The notes beneath the pieces are model-generated. The model saw only the letters and a program-made list of their open reading frames with translations, did not search any database and was not told the origin of the DNA. Shown here one piece after another: positions 38,508 through 51,800 of a stretch of DNA of 64,000 bases (positions are counted from its first letter, which is position 1; every line of letters begins with the position of its first letter). The translations under genes were made by a program, and so were the position numbers. This DNA is from Mytilus edulis (taxonomy: Eukaryota). The stretch lies in contig NC_092352.1 of assembly GCF_963676685.1 (NCBI RefSeq), positions 80,972,001-81,036,000 of the forward strand. Direction: 5' to 3'.

Positions 38508-41048
38508 GTTTTATTGGTCTGATATTGTGGTTCAATGCTCCTTCAACCTTTGAAACTAACCCTGAAAAAAATAAGGATATATCATTAACAAGTCAAACTA
38601 ATCAAAGGAACCAAGCTTCTTTCTATGACGTAGGATAACTGGAAAATAATTAGTTTAATCGAATAGCATTTCTCAAATATCAAGACAATATAAAGCCTTA
38701 TAATAAACTATCAAAGTACAAAAGAGCGGCAGAAGTTAGCAATTAGAAATTAAATCTTGTAAGTTGATGACATACTGACAACGCCATGGCAAAAAACAAT
38801 AACAACCAACAAGCAACATGAAACTCCCAAAAATACCAACAAAAAACACCAAAACAAACAAAGGTATACAAAAAATAAAAAAAAAAACAGCCCCCCCCCT
38901 AAAAAAAAATAAAAATTGACAATTAGAACCTTATAAAAGCAAGGATTGATCTGATGTGCTACAGAAGAGTAATTAGATCGCTCCAATTCCTCACGTGGTA
39001 CCCGCACTGAAAATGCGTAACACACGCAATTCAAGCCAATAGTACCCAAATTAACAGTAGACAGACCAAGTACAATGTAGATAGGGTACGTGTTGAAGTT
39101 TATTATAGCAACGTGAGACGTAGACACTGAAATACGTATTATAAGTATACTTTATATACAAAAATGTATTTAGTGTAAATATTTATTCATTACTTTATTC
39201 ATTTCATTTAATTCATTTTTTATTAACTTAGATTTGTTATTAAGTCATTTTATTCTTTCGCATACTGAGACCAGCAAAAATCAGTCCGTTAGTTTTCTTA
39301 ATTGACTTGTTTTACATTTGTCCGTTCTAGGCCCTTTGAACTTGCTGTTGCGGTTTAGATTTTTTTAAATATTGTTGAAGGCCGTTTTGTAACCTAAAAG
39401 TACATTTTTCTTTTGCAGTTGGTGTCTGGTGAAGAGTTGTGTTGCTGGCAATCATACCGTATCGTCCCATTTTATATATAACGAATATTCTGGACATATA
39501 CAGAATTTGCCCGCTTTAACATCATCAATTGCATTTTGTAATTACAAGCATACCCCAGTTATCTTAACGTTTTTCTTACTAACTTACCACATAATGATAA
39601 AAATACGCTGCAGTGGTTATGAATTGTGTATTGAATTGAAAAAACTATTTCCATAAATAATATAATCATGCAATTAGTCGATTATCATAAAAATGTACGC
39701 GTTTTCAAAGGATTTAAATAAAGGCAACAGTAGTATACCGCTGTTCAAACTCGTAAATCGATGGACAAAAACAAGATCGGGGTAACAAGCTAAACCTGAG
39801 GGAAACGCATTAAATATAGGAGGAGAACAACGACACAACATTAAAATGTAACACACACAGAAACGGACTTAGCATTAGACTTACATGACTAAATCCGATA
39901 AGAATAACAAATATAACATTTAAACCAAATACATGAATTTGGGATAGAAAAGTACCGTGACACGTCATAAATATGAATTCACACTCAAATATAAGAGAAA
40001 ACAAACGACACAACGTTAAAATGTAACACACACAGAAATGAACTATAACATAACAATGGCCATATTCCTGACTTGATGCAGGACATTTTTAAAAAGAAGC
40101 ACTAAAACATTTATATTGTGTTTTGTCGACATTTGGAAGAAATCAACTAGACTAAGTACTAGATTTTGAGATAAAGCACTAATTACAATGAGATCTGTGT
40201 TTCGTATCCATTTGTTTATTATGATTTCATTAAAATCAATAATCGTATCCTCATCTCTTTAACGAAAAAAAATAAAGTACAAGAATTTCCTTTATACAAT
40301 TTAAAGAAACAAATATAAGATATAAATAATAAAAATGAAAAATCCATACTTTTTTGCATATTGCGAAATACGATACAAAAAATCAAAACTGTATTAAGTA
40401 TAAAGAATAAAAAAGAATAAAAAAAAATTTACACGACATTCATACAAATCGGCGAGTAAATACGCCTGTATTCAATTTTGAAATGATTTTAATCAAAGAA
40501 ATTTATCTCCTTCTTGCAAAGCTGTGACTCCTTGTCGTGATTTGTTTATAATGTTCGTTTGTATATGGCTTTTGATTTTCAAATATTTAAGAGTAAGATT
40601 GAAAAAAATGTAACTGCCTGTTAGGCCTTATGAGTTTCATAAATTAATAAAACAATATATATAAATTCAAATTTGTTCTTTGGCGTTGCATAATCCAGCT
40701 ATATCTAAGGGAGGGGGTTTCTTACCCCGGATAAGGGTGGTCCAACTATATGTCCCTATCTATATGCATTGATCGTCAAAAAAGAGGGTTCTAATAACCA
40801 GAGCCCCCTTTGGATTCGCCACTGTTCTGAACAGATAGTGGTATCTGGGTTTTTAATACATGGGATTATATTGCAAGTAGTTGGGTTTTACAATTTCTTA
40901 ATTATACTTTCTTTTATTCAGCTGCCTCAAAAAAAAACCATGTTTTATTCAAATTTAAGTAAAATGCATTTAAATACATGTTACAATGCTCAAACTAATG
41001 ATTGTAGTAATTGCCATACTTTTGATACTTTACCACCATTTGGTTACC

Positions 41049-42349
41049 AAAAGAGGGACGAAAGATACCAAAGGGACAGTCAAACTCATAAATCTAAAAC
41101 AAACTGACAACGCCATGGCTAAAAATAAAAAAGACAAACAGAAAAACAATAGTACACACGACACAACATAGAAAACTAAAGAATAAACAACACGAACCCC
41201 ACCAAAAACTAGGGGTGATCTCAGGTGCTCCGGAAGAGTAAGCAGATCCTGCTCCACATGTGGCACCCATCGTGTTGCTTATGTGATTACAAATCCGGTA
41301 AATAGTCTAATTCGGTAGGTCATATTCATGAAAGGGAAGGGGATTGTAGTTACGACGTAAGGAACATATCCGATATCATTTGTAAAACGGTTATTCCATA
41401 ACGGTCAACCAACTCGTGATGGCGTCCGTAAAATTTACGAAGGGATGATTTCAACTTCACTATTTGGAACTCTTGGTTCTTGGCTCTTGTGAGCAGTAAA
41501 CCTCTATCAAGAAAATCATGATAGGAAATGCAAGCACGGGAATATCGTATCAATTGGGAGATATATACCCCGTATGCAGGTGCTGCTGGAATGTTGCTAC
41601 TTAGAAATGGAAAGTTCACAATTGGAAAGCTGAAATCATCTCTTTTGTCATAAAGTTTTGTTTTCAACCTACCCTCATTGTCAATTTCTAGATGTAAGTC
41701 AAGATATGAAGCCGACTTAACTGTATCTGTAGTATCCTTTATCTCTAGTTCGATTGGATAGATGCGTTCCACATAGTCACCAAATTTTGAATTGTTTAGT
41801 GAAAGAACATCATCTATATAGCGGAAAGTAGAGTTAAAGGATATAGCTAACTTCTTATCTTCCTTCCTAAGAAGTTCCTGCATGAAGTCAGCCTCATAAT
41901 AATAAAGAAACAAGTCGGCGAGTAGAGGGGCACAGTTTGTTCCCATTGGAATGCCGACAGTCTGTTGAAAAACACGTCCTCCGAACGTAACAAATATGTT
42001 GTCAATCAAGAAATCAAGCTTCTTGATAATATCAGTTTCAGAGAATTTTTTGTTTGAATCAGAGTGATTCTTTACAAAGTAGGATTTATCCCTCCCTAAG
42101 ACAAGATATTTGTATCTACGTTGGCCATTCTTTTTTATGAAGCAAAGTAATATCAACTCTTTCAATTTGTCTTTTAGTTTGGAATGTGGAATACTTGTGT
42201 ACAGGGTAGAAAAGACAAATGTTTTAATACTGTTACAAGATGAAAGAGAGTTAGATGGTATGTACTCTAAAAGATCTTTGGAATTTTTAAGTATCCACAT
42301 CTGATTCACGCCACCTCTAGAATAGGCAGTTTCACAATAACTTTGAAGC
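41049..42349 (-). mobile_element. 5'-truncated Penelope-like retroelement (RT region plus 3' UTR)
   Basis: Partial RT ORF followed by a 300-bp UTR that recurs at 45004-45224, 48580-48879 and about 62270-62470. Confidence 0.85.
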
Positions 42350-42351
42350 AA
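41350..42351 (-). CDS. Partial Penelope-like reverse transcriptase (N-terminally truncated, probably non-functional)
   Basis: Motifs FSTLYTSIP, FQQTVGIPMGTNCAPLLADLFL, RYIDD, SYLDL, TKLYDK; the first catalytic Asp motif reads TFVF; no true start; no C-terminal GIY-YIG. Confidence 0.8.
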   Translation of the reverse strand: MLQSYCETAYSRGGVNQMWILKNSKDLLEYIPSNSLSSCNSIKTFVFSTLYTSIPHSKLKDKLKELILLCFIKKNGQRRYKYLVLGRDKSYFVKNHSDSNKKFSETDIIKKLDFLIDNIFVTFGGRVFQQTVGIPMGTNCAPLLADLFLYYYEADFMQELLRKEDKKLAISFNSTFRYIDDVLSLNNSKFGDYVERIYPIELEIKDTTDTVKSASYLDLHLEIDNEGRLKTKLYDKRDDFSFPIVNFPFLSSNIPAAPAYGVYISQLIRYSRACISYHDFLDRGLLLTRAKNQEFQIVKLKSSLRKFYGRHHELVDRYGITVLQMISDMFLTS

Positions 42352-42893
42352 ATTTTCGAAAAACAGATATGTCAGCCTTTGATGAGCTGCAATCTACAGG
42401 CACATGCAAAATATTGCTGGGTTGAATATGTTTATGATCGTTTAATCCTTCCAAACCTGGGACAATGATGTAACTCAGCCCAAAGTTAGAACAATCTGTA
42501 AAAGTAAGTCGGTTTGGTGTTATTTAAAAAATCGATAAGAGGCAAGAGCCCCCCCCCCCCAAAAAAAAAAACCCCCAAACAAATGAAACCAACAAACAAA
42601 CAATTAACATAAAACAATAAAGAACAACACCCAAAATCAGAGTACTCCAAGTTACTCAAAGACAGAAACTATTTCAAATACAACTACTAGTCTTAGATCA
42701 TTTTCGTCTCGACTTATATGGTAATTTTAATAAATTTTCTGTTTACAAAACTTTGAATTTTTAAAAAAACTAAGGATTGTCTTACCCTAGGAGTAGATTA
42801 CCTTAGCCGTATTTGGCACAACTTTTTGGAATTTTGGATCCTCAATGCTCTTCAACTTTGTATTTATTTGGCTTTTTAACTATTTTGATATGA

Positions 42894-42937
42894 GCGTCAC
42901 TGATGAGTCTTATGTAGACGAAACGCGCGTCTGGCGT
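42894..42937 (+). ncRNA. Minimal type I hammerhead ribozyme, intact core, in a solo retrozyme-like fragment (about 42725-42970)
   Basis: GCGTCA CTGATGA GTC TTATGTA GAC GAAAC GCGC GTC TGGCGT; predicted cut after 42931. Confidence 0.9.
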
Positions 42938-44379
42938 ATAAAATTATAATCCTGGTACTTTTGATAACTACTTACGTATCAATCAGTACACACCCAACAG
43001 ATTTAGTAATAGTCGATATAAATAGTCTGATAAATGCACGCGACCTTGAGCAATAGCAAATTATAATACAACAGTTTCGAGTTGTTTATTTATTCATTAT
43101 TATAAATTATGTACAGTTGTCCAAAGTATAAACAACGAATTTGAATGGATGTCGTGTCGTGTAGTTTTGAATAAAATTAAAATCAAGTTTTTCATTATGT
43201 CTATAAAATAGATATGAGAAGATGTGGAACAAGTATAATCACCAATGAGACAAATCACCGTCAAAGTATATAACAAAGCCACCTATATATGCTAACCTAA
43301 TTAACATGTTCTAATCGTTAGAACATTAATGTATGTGTTAATTTGTTTTAAATCTATTCCCATGAGCATTTAATTTGGTTTACATGGTATGACGATGAAA
43401 ATGTTTGGATCAAGATAAACAATCCCTCGTATATGTTTGGTATTGGTCTACGATCATAGATATTTTCTTGGTACTAAAACCACCTATTATTCTGACAGTT
43501 TGTCAATTAATCTTAAATTGTATATAAGTCTCAAGATAATTGTCAAGTTTTATTATGACATTCCAGTAAAGGAATTGTAGAATGTAGAAGTCTGCATATT
43601 CATAATACAATGAGGAAGACAACTATGAGAAATTATAGTTTTTGTTGACGTTAACACCGTACTTTCTCTGATGTCAGACTGTTTATGACAGTATTTATCC
43701 ATGTAACGTGCCTCTAAATAAAATGATAGTAAGCTGCAAATTACATTCTTCAAGGAGCTGTTATGTCGTGAAATGGTTACTGAATCCAAATTACACAATT
43801 CAAATATTCATCTATCTATGTTAATTTGTATTTTTTCTTTTAAAAAAATCCACCGAATGAAACGAGCTCTTTTTCGAAGATCGACAACAAAAATTTAGGA
43901 AATATGTATTTGTTCCCAAGTTTGACGAAAGACTATGTATGATGTTGAGAGGTAACCGTCGTAGCTTGTTGTGTTTCTAGAAGAGAAACAGACACACCAA
44001 AGAGATATTAAAACTATAGTGGCAGAATGCAGCCATGAAAGAAAAAAAACCTATGTAGTTCCCTCCAGCTTCCAAGTCGTTTCCTCCAAATGCTATGTCA
44101 TTCTAACAAGAAAGTTATCTTGTTCCCTCAAGATAGTATGTAATGTGACATAAAATACGAAAACATTTGAAACGTGCATAAAGATCATACATTATTGGAT
44201 ATTTGTAAACAATATGTTGCAGCCAAATAATATCAAATTTACAAATAAAGCATTCGGTTATACAAAAGTCATTCAATACTCATGGTTTCTCTACTAGTAA
44301 TAGTTAATAAACAACCTTATCCTCTTAAACATTGGTTTTACTTTCCAAATCATTTGTTCCATTTAAAACATTGCAGTGT

Positions 44380-45541
44380 CTAAGTGTTTAAATTATTTGG
44401 TCGAGGACGTTTACAACACAAAAGTTTACGAAGGCTTTGTCTGTATTTTGTTGAGAGAAAGATATACAAAATAGGATTTATACAACTGTTGACATACGCT
44501 AAGATCTCCGAAGTTGCGAGAATACTATATTTCCAAATATAGTTATAAAAATACCAAATGCTGTAAACATACTTATGAGGTGAAGCGGTAACCAACACAT
44601 AGCAACTACAATCACTATAACGAGTATCCTCTTTGCTACTCTCTTCATTCGCTTCATACGTATAGCACTTCGATTAATGCCCGGAACAACTCCGTATAAT
44701 TGTTGTTTGAGTATCAAACCATAGAAGAAAAATATTGATAATAACGGAGCCACATATCCCAAAACAAAAAAACAAGCCTTTAATCTTCTGCTAAAGGTCA
44801 CGGGCATACTGCATGCTGATCGACTGTTCAAAGTAAATATTCTGTTTCAAAACTTACGGGAAGATAAGAACCAAATAAAACAGGCCAAGTGAGAAAAACG
44901 ATTAGGTCAACATTCTGTCTGTTTCTGAATTTCTTGGATGTGATTGGGTGAACTATTGCTAGATAGCGGTCTAGAGGCATCAGAACTAAGGTATAAACGC
45001 TAAAACAGGGACGAAAGATACCAAAAGGACAGTCAAACTCATAAATGTAAAACAAACTGACAACGCCATGGCTAAAAATGAAAAAAGACAACAAAAAAAC
45101 AGCACACATGACACAACATAGAAAACTAAAGAATAAACAACACGAAACCCCCCCCCCCCCAAAAAAAAAAAACCCCAACAAAAAACAAACAAAAAACAAA
45201 ACTAGGGGTGATCTCAGGTGCTCTTAATCGTTGCGGACACATACAAATACGCAGCTGCCTATGACGCGTGTTGTAACTATGAAAGGAACATATACCATGA
45301 TAAATAAAAAATCTACAATGGCTAGGTTAACAACTAATATGTCTGTTGTATTCTACCTTTGTCTTTGTGAACAAACAGCAATGATGACGAACATATTCCC
45401 CAAACAGCCGACTGGAACAGTAATTCCATAAATAATAGGTACCATAAAACTAAGAATGTGTTGAAATTCAATTAGTGCAAACTTTTCTGCAATTTTTGCA
45501 TCCGACATGCATATGTTATATGACATTGTGAAGTTGGTCAT
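44380..45541 (-). pseudogene. Allatostatin-A/galanin receptor-like GPCR pseudogene (copy 3)
   Basis: Stop at 45353 after QRQR; about 35-bp deletion removing the TM3 cysteine; retroelement insertion 45004-45224; further frameshifts near 44830 and 44520. Confidence 0.9.
45004..45224 (-). mobile_element. Penelope-like 3' UTR fragment inserted in GPCR copy 3
   Basis: Matches 41053-41230; TAA on both flanks; absent from the other three GPCR copies. Confidence 0.85.
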
Positions 45542-48332
45542 GTTTTATTGGTCAAATAGTTTGGTTAAATGCTCCTTCAACTTTTGAATATAAAGTGGCT
45601 TAGGATAAACTACAAATGTACAAAAGAGCAGCAGACGTTAGCAAAGGGAAATATAATCTTGTAAGTCGACGACAACGCCAAGACAAAAAAAAACCAATAA
45701 AAAAAACCAACAACCAAACCGCAAAATGAACCGACCATAATACAAACATATAAAAAATATAACATAAAAAACTTAAACTGGGCACTTAGCATCAAGTACA
45801 AAAAATGGTTGATCTGATGTGCTCCGGAAGAGTCAACAGAGCGTTCCTGACCACTTAATGCCACTGTAAGTGAAAATGCACAACAAACGCAAGTTACGCT
45901 AAAAGCACTCAAATTAAACAGTTGGTAAACCAGGTCGATAGAGCGCATTCTTATCAATTTAGATCTGTTATTAATTGATTTAGTTATTTGCATAATAAGA
46001 CCTGCAAAACAAATTCCATTAGTTTTCTTGTTGGAATTGTTTTACATTGGTCATTTCGTGGCGTTTTGAAGCTTACAGTTTGGTATCGATTTTGAAAACT
46101 GTTGAAGTCTGGAATGGTAACCTGTAAGTGTTTGTTTTTGTCAGTGGGTTTCTCGTAATGAGTTAAGTCCGTCGCAATTATACCGTATCGACCTATTTCT
46201 TTATAAATCTTTAAATATAATGAATAAAGATAACCTTAGCATAATAAATTGAAATTTGTAATTACAATATTTATAAATGGAGTTCTAGCAAACCACAGTT
46301 ATCTTAACGTTTTTTTCAAACTAACTTACCACAGAATGATCCAATTACGCAGCAGTTGTTATGAATTGTGTATTGAGATAAAATAATAATTTCCCAAAAA
46401 AAAAAAATTAATCATGCAATTAGTCGATTATAAAAATTATGTGCGAGTTTCAATGACATTTTAAAAGGATTTAGCATTTTTGTCTACATATGACACATCA
46501 GTGACGCTCAGATCAAAATAGTTATAAAGCCGAACAAGTTCAGAGTTGAAGAGCATTGAGGACCCACAATTAGTATAAAAAAAAGACTTGAGATGGACCC
46601 ATTTAGGGTTGTAGCTTACAAACTAGTTTAAATCCGACACCTTCTATATGTCTTTGTCCCAAGTCAGGAGCCTGTAATTCAGTAGTTGTCGTTTTTTCTT
46701 TTTATACATTAGGCCGTTACTAATATTCCTTGAATTGTTTGACATTTATCATTCGTGGACTACTATAGCTGACTATGCGGTATGGGTTTTCTCATTGTCG
46801 AAGGCCGTACGGTGATCCATAACAAATGTGAATTGCGATGTAATTTGGTCTTCTTTTTTTATGTACAGATAAATTCATAATTTATCACTATCATTATTTT
46901 AAAATGTAGTATATTGCAATATTTGAGTTGTCATAATGATACCTACTTTCAAACACTGATTAGGAACTTTCCGTTTGTAATATGTGTGTGATTTTACTTC
47001 TTAAAACCATATACATGTATTGTATTCTTTCTATAATTCCGTATCCAATCAATTTAATTTAACTGTTTTTAATATACAATTAAAGAATAAAGTGGCATAT
47101 ATATTGTATATGTACTCATATCTTAAGCTAGGTCAAACCAAAAACCATGCAATTAAAAATATAAATTAGTCCCGGGGAATTTTTAATCATAATCAAACCG
47201 CTAAAATAATTATATATACAGTACCTTCCTCACTCAAAGCTGTGGCTCCTTGTAGGGACTTGACTATACTTAAGGTTTAATGTTGGTTTGTAAAGAAGCA
47301 AACGACTGGCACTGAGGGGAGGAGGTTTGAACAGCCAGCATGAACGGTTGGCTTGTGTAGGCAAATATGTCAATATCTAAATTCAACACATTACAGTCAT
47401 AATAAATGAATTATTAACAACGTGTGCATCTTTTAAGAGTTTGGAAGTGTTTAAGGATAATAAAATATATTAAATGCTTGCCAATTTGATAAAATTCATT
47501 ATTTTGCTGTAGTCAATATACGCATGTGCAAACAACAGTTATTGGATTTAGAGCATGGGTTTATTTACAAAGCAAAAGAAGCACGTCATATTAGAATATT
47601 ACTTTTATACGTTTGATACCTTTGCTAGAACACTCTATGGTACCGTACCACCAACCTAGTAGCTCGAACTCCGGTACTTGTATGAAAATATTGTAAAAAT
47701 TGGGATTTTGTTTGATTGCGTTTAAAAATTAGAATGGAAATGGTATTAACACCGCGAGAGCATCCCACACCCTGAGACGGGCTTCAGCAAGTCCCTTAAC
47801 AAAATGTATACTAATTCAATGCAAATTGGACGTCTCACTTAACTCCAAAACATATAAATGAAATAAAATTAAAAAAAAAACACACACGACTAACAAAAAC
47901 CAGAAGCTTCTGACTTGGGACAGGAGCTTAATGCTTGTATCAAATTTTGAAAATGATTCTTATTTTTAGGAATAAGTGATATTAATTGTCACAATGCGAA
48001 ACAGATGAAGCACAAATAATGATAAGATTGAAAAATGTAACTCTATGTAAGGCCTTATGAGTTTCGTAAATTAACCTTGAATATAAATTCAAATTTGTAC
48101 TTTGGCTCTTCGTGATCAGTAGACAGAACAGATGTTAAAACTAGGTTTTTAAAACATATTGGAACATGCTGCTATTGAGAATTGAAATAGGGAATGTGTC
48201 AAAGAGACAAAAGAGCAGAAAAAAGTCAAAGGACACCAATGGGTGTTCAACACAGCGAGAAAACACAGTACCCAGAGGCCGTAAAGTGTACAAATTTAAA
48301 ATGGATGTAGTTCATTTTTTATATACTTAATT

Positions 48333-48879
48333 AACATTCCAGCAGCACCTGCATACGGGGTATATATCTCCCAATTGATACAATATTCCCGTGCTTGCAT
48401 TTCCTATCATGATTTTCTTGATAGAGGGTTGCTGCTCACAATGAAGCTATTAAACCAAGAGTTCCAAATGGTGAAGTTGAAATCATCCCTTCGTAAATTT
48501 TACGGACGCCATCACGAGTTGGTTGACCGTTATGGAATAACCGTTTCACAAATGATATCGGATATTTTCCTTTCATCGTAACTACAAGCCCCTTCCCTTT
48601 CATGAATGTGACCTACCGAATTAGACTATTTACCGGATTTGTTATCACATAAGCAACTCGACGGGTGCCACATGTGGAGCAGGATCTGCTTACCCTTCCG
48701 GAGCACCTGAGATCACCCCTAGTTTTTTGATGGGATTCGTGTTGTTTATTCTTTAGTTTTCTATGTTGTGTCATGTGTGCTGTTGTTTGTTTGTCTTTTT
48801 TAATTTTTGCCATGGCGTTGTCAGTTTGTTTTAGATTTATGAGTTTAACTGTCCCTTTGGTATCTTTCGTCCCTCTTTT
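48333..48879 (+). mobile_element. Penelope-like element 3' fragment
   Basis: Near-identical reverse complement of 41049-41596; encodes the RT C-terminus (YSRACISYHDFLDRG..FYGRHHELVDRY). Confidence 0.88.
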
Positions 48880-51800
48880 ATGCTTTCTTTTTCTTTCGGC
48901 CTCAAAAGAAAACATGTTTTGTTCAAATTGTAGTAAAATGCATTTATATGTTTTAACATTTATGTTATGCTTCAATAATACCTTATGCTGACAGTTATTA
49001 ATGCGATTTCTTTCCAGAATGGTTTAACGATCTAACTGTTATGTATATAATATGTAGATATGTGTTATTTGTTTTCCAATCTTAATTCCATACAGAGTGC
49101 AGATGCATCCCAATGAACTGAGCTCAGTACTTAGACCTTTAATGTAAAAGTAAATCAGAGTGCTCACACACATGATTGTAGCAATAGACATACTTATAAT
49201 ACTTTTCGACCATATTATTTCCAAACAGTATCCAGACTTAGGTATGAATCAGTACACATCCAACAGATTTAGTAAAGACGTCCCAAATAGTCTGATAAAT
49301 GCAAGCGACCTTGGGTACTGTAAAATTATGTTAAAACAGTATTGAGTCTGTTTATTAGATACATGTTGTAAATAGAGTTGCCCAACGTATAAACAACAAA
49401 TTTGCATGGATGTCGTTTAATATGAGTTAGAATAAAAAGTAAAATCACAAAAATACTGAACTTAGAGGAAGATCAATTGGGAAAGTCCATAATCACATGG
49501 CAAAATCAAATAACAAAACGCATCAAAAACGAATGGACAAAAACTGTCATATTCCTGACTTGGTACAGGCATTTTCAAATGTAGAAAATGATGGATTAAA
49601 CCTGGTTCTATAGCGATAACCCTCTCACTTTAATGACAGTCTCATCAATTTACGATATTTTTCATTTTGTCTATAAAACAGATATAAGAAGATATGGAAC
49701 ATGTATAAGTGCAAATGAGTCAACTCTCCGTAAAAGTACATGATTAAGCCACCTATATACATGTATTCTAACCTAACTAAAAAAAGTAGTCAATTTGTTA
49801 GAACATTAATTTAGTGTTATAAGCATTTACTCTGGTTTACATGGTAGGACTACCTTATATTCAGTAAGTTTATTAATTAATTTTCTATTGTATATAACTC
49901 TCAAGATAATTGTCAAGTTTTATTATGACATTCCAATAAATGAATTTCAGAATTTAGTAGTCTGCATATAAATTATACAGTGTAATCTGAGTAAGACTAA
50001 TAGCTACTTTATGACTATGAGAAATGTAAGATCACGTAGAAGTTTAAACTATTACAGGAAACATGAAAACCAATTGACTTTTTGTTTATATCTTAATTGT
50101 TGACTTTGTCTTTGTCTTCATATAGACACAGTTAAGACAGACTGTTTTTTGATATATTTATTCATGTCAATTTTTGTATCAGAATGAAATCTTAACTACC
50201 CTCAAAATACAATTTCTATGTAGAAGTTATGTCCTGAATATTGATTGCATGCATATTCCAAATTGTACAAATAAAATATTTTATACATGTACATTGTATT
50301 GGGAATTTGTATTTTTATCGTTTGAGAAATCCCCTGAACTAAAATATTTCCTTCTAGAAGGTCGACAGCAAAATTTGTATTTTGCCTCATGTTCCCGAAA
50401 CTCTATGTATTATGTTATGAGATAACCTGCTGTGTTTCTAGAAGAAGAAAACTATACCAAAAAGGACATTAAAAGTCATATAAACTTGTGGATGTCGTAC
50501 TTTATACTTAGTTTGTTATAACGTAAGCAATACAACAGGTGCCACATCGAGAGAAGGATCTACATACCATTCAGTAGCATCTGATATCAATACCAGTTTT
50601 TGGTGGGATGTTTGTTGCTCTAGGCTCAGTCTTTAGTTTCTATGTTTTATTTTGTGCACAAATATCACACTTTATTCATTTATAGTATTCAGGTATAATT
50701 TCAAAGTTCAATGTACGTGAAAATAAAACTATTTCATGTTTTTAAGAAGTGATGAATTTCCAGTCCAATTGTTAATAAGTTTGAAAAGAATGTACAATTA
50801 CTAAACTCATACTACGTTGCACTATGTTTCATAATACTAAAATTACGTCATGCATGAACACATTCATAGATATAAGAAGATGTGGTATGAGTGCCAATGA
50901 GACAACTCTCTCCCCAAGTCACAACTTTTAAAAGTAAACCATTATAGGTCAAAGTGCGTTCTTCATCACAGAGCCTTGGCTCATACTGATCAGCTATCTA
51001 TAAAGAGCCTAAAAATGACTAGTATAAAACTATCCAAACAGGAATGTCTGAAAGTACACTACAAAAACTTTCTTCTCCTTCCTTACAGAAAAATCATGAA
51101 CAAATACATACAGGCTTTCATTATTCATAGTATTTTGTCAAAAGAAAAAAAGGATGACAACGTCTTCGAATTATTGACGCTTAGTTTCTAAACCAATATA
51201 TGAGCATTTCAATATATTTGTTTTGAAAACCATGAGTACAACGTTTAATATCTCCAGTATATTTATATCAGTTTTTTTTATATCATGTGAAATCTGTATT
51301 CAAAATGTCATGGAGCATCATTTTTTAAGTGATTCAGTTTGTTCCGAGGTCATCCCCTGGAGTGCTTTGTTTTCTATTTTTTATTATTTGTCAATTTTAC
51401 ATTATCGACGAACAATTTGATCATATATCTTACATCTGTAACATTAAGTGTTTTTTTTAAAGATGATTGCTTCATATGTTTAACAGAAAAACACAATTAA
51501 TATCGATATTCAGTGGTGTCCGAAGAATGTGCGATTTCTGTTTATGATTGATAGATAGAAGAAGATGTATGAGTGCCAATGAGACAACTCTCCATCCAAG
51601 TCACAACTAGTAAACGTAAACCATTATATATACATGTTTACTACACGAACCAATTTGCATTTATACCCAATGGGTGAACACATTGATCAAGCTGCAAAAA
51701 TAGAAACCATTTAAACGCTCAACAGATAAGACTTACGTTATTCCTTTTTTGTTTGTTCTAAAATGTCGAAATGGAATGTAAATCAAAAGTGAGCAAAAGA

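Noticed and set aside
40986-41266. Short ORFs (MPHVEQDLLTLPEHLRSP.., KRGTKDTKGTVKLINLK..), also at 48613-48991
   Set aside because: Translations of the retroelement 3' UTR repeated at several loci, not host genes.
44828-45199. 123-aa hydrophobic ORF joining new sequence to GPCR TM3-TM4
   Set aside because: Chance read-through from a low-complexity retroelement insertion into a pseudogene fragment.
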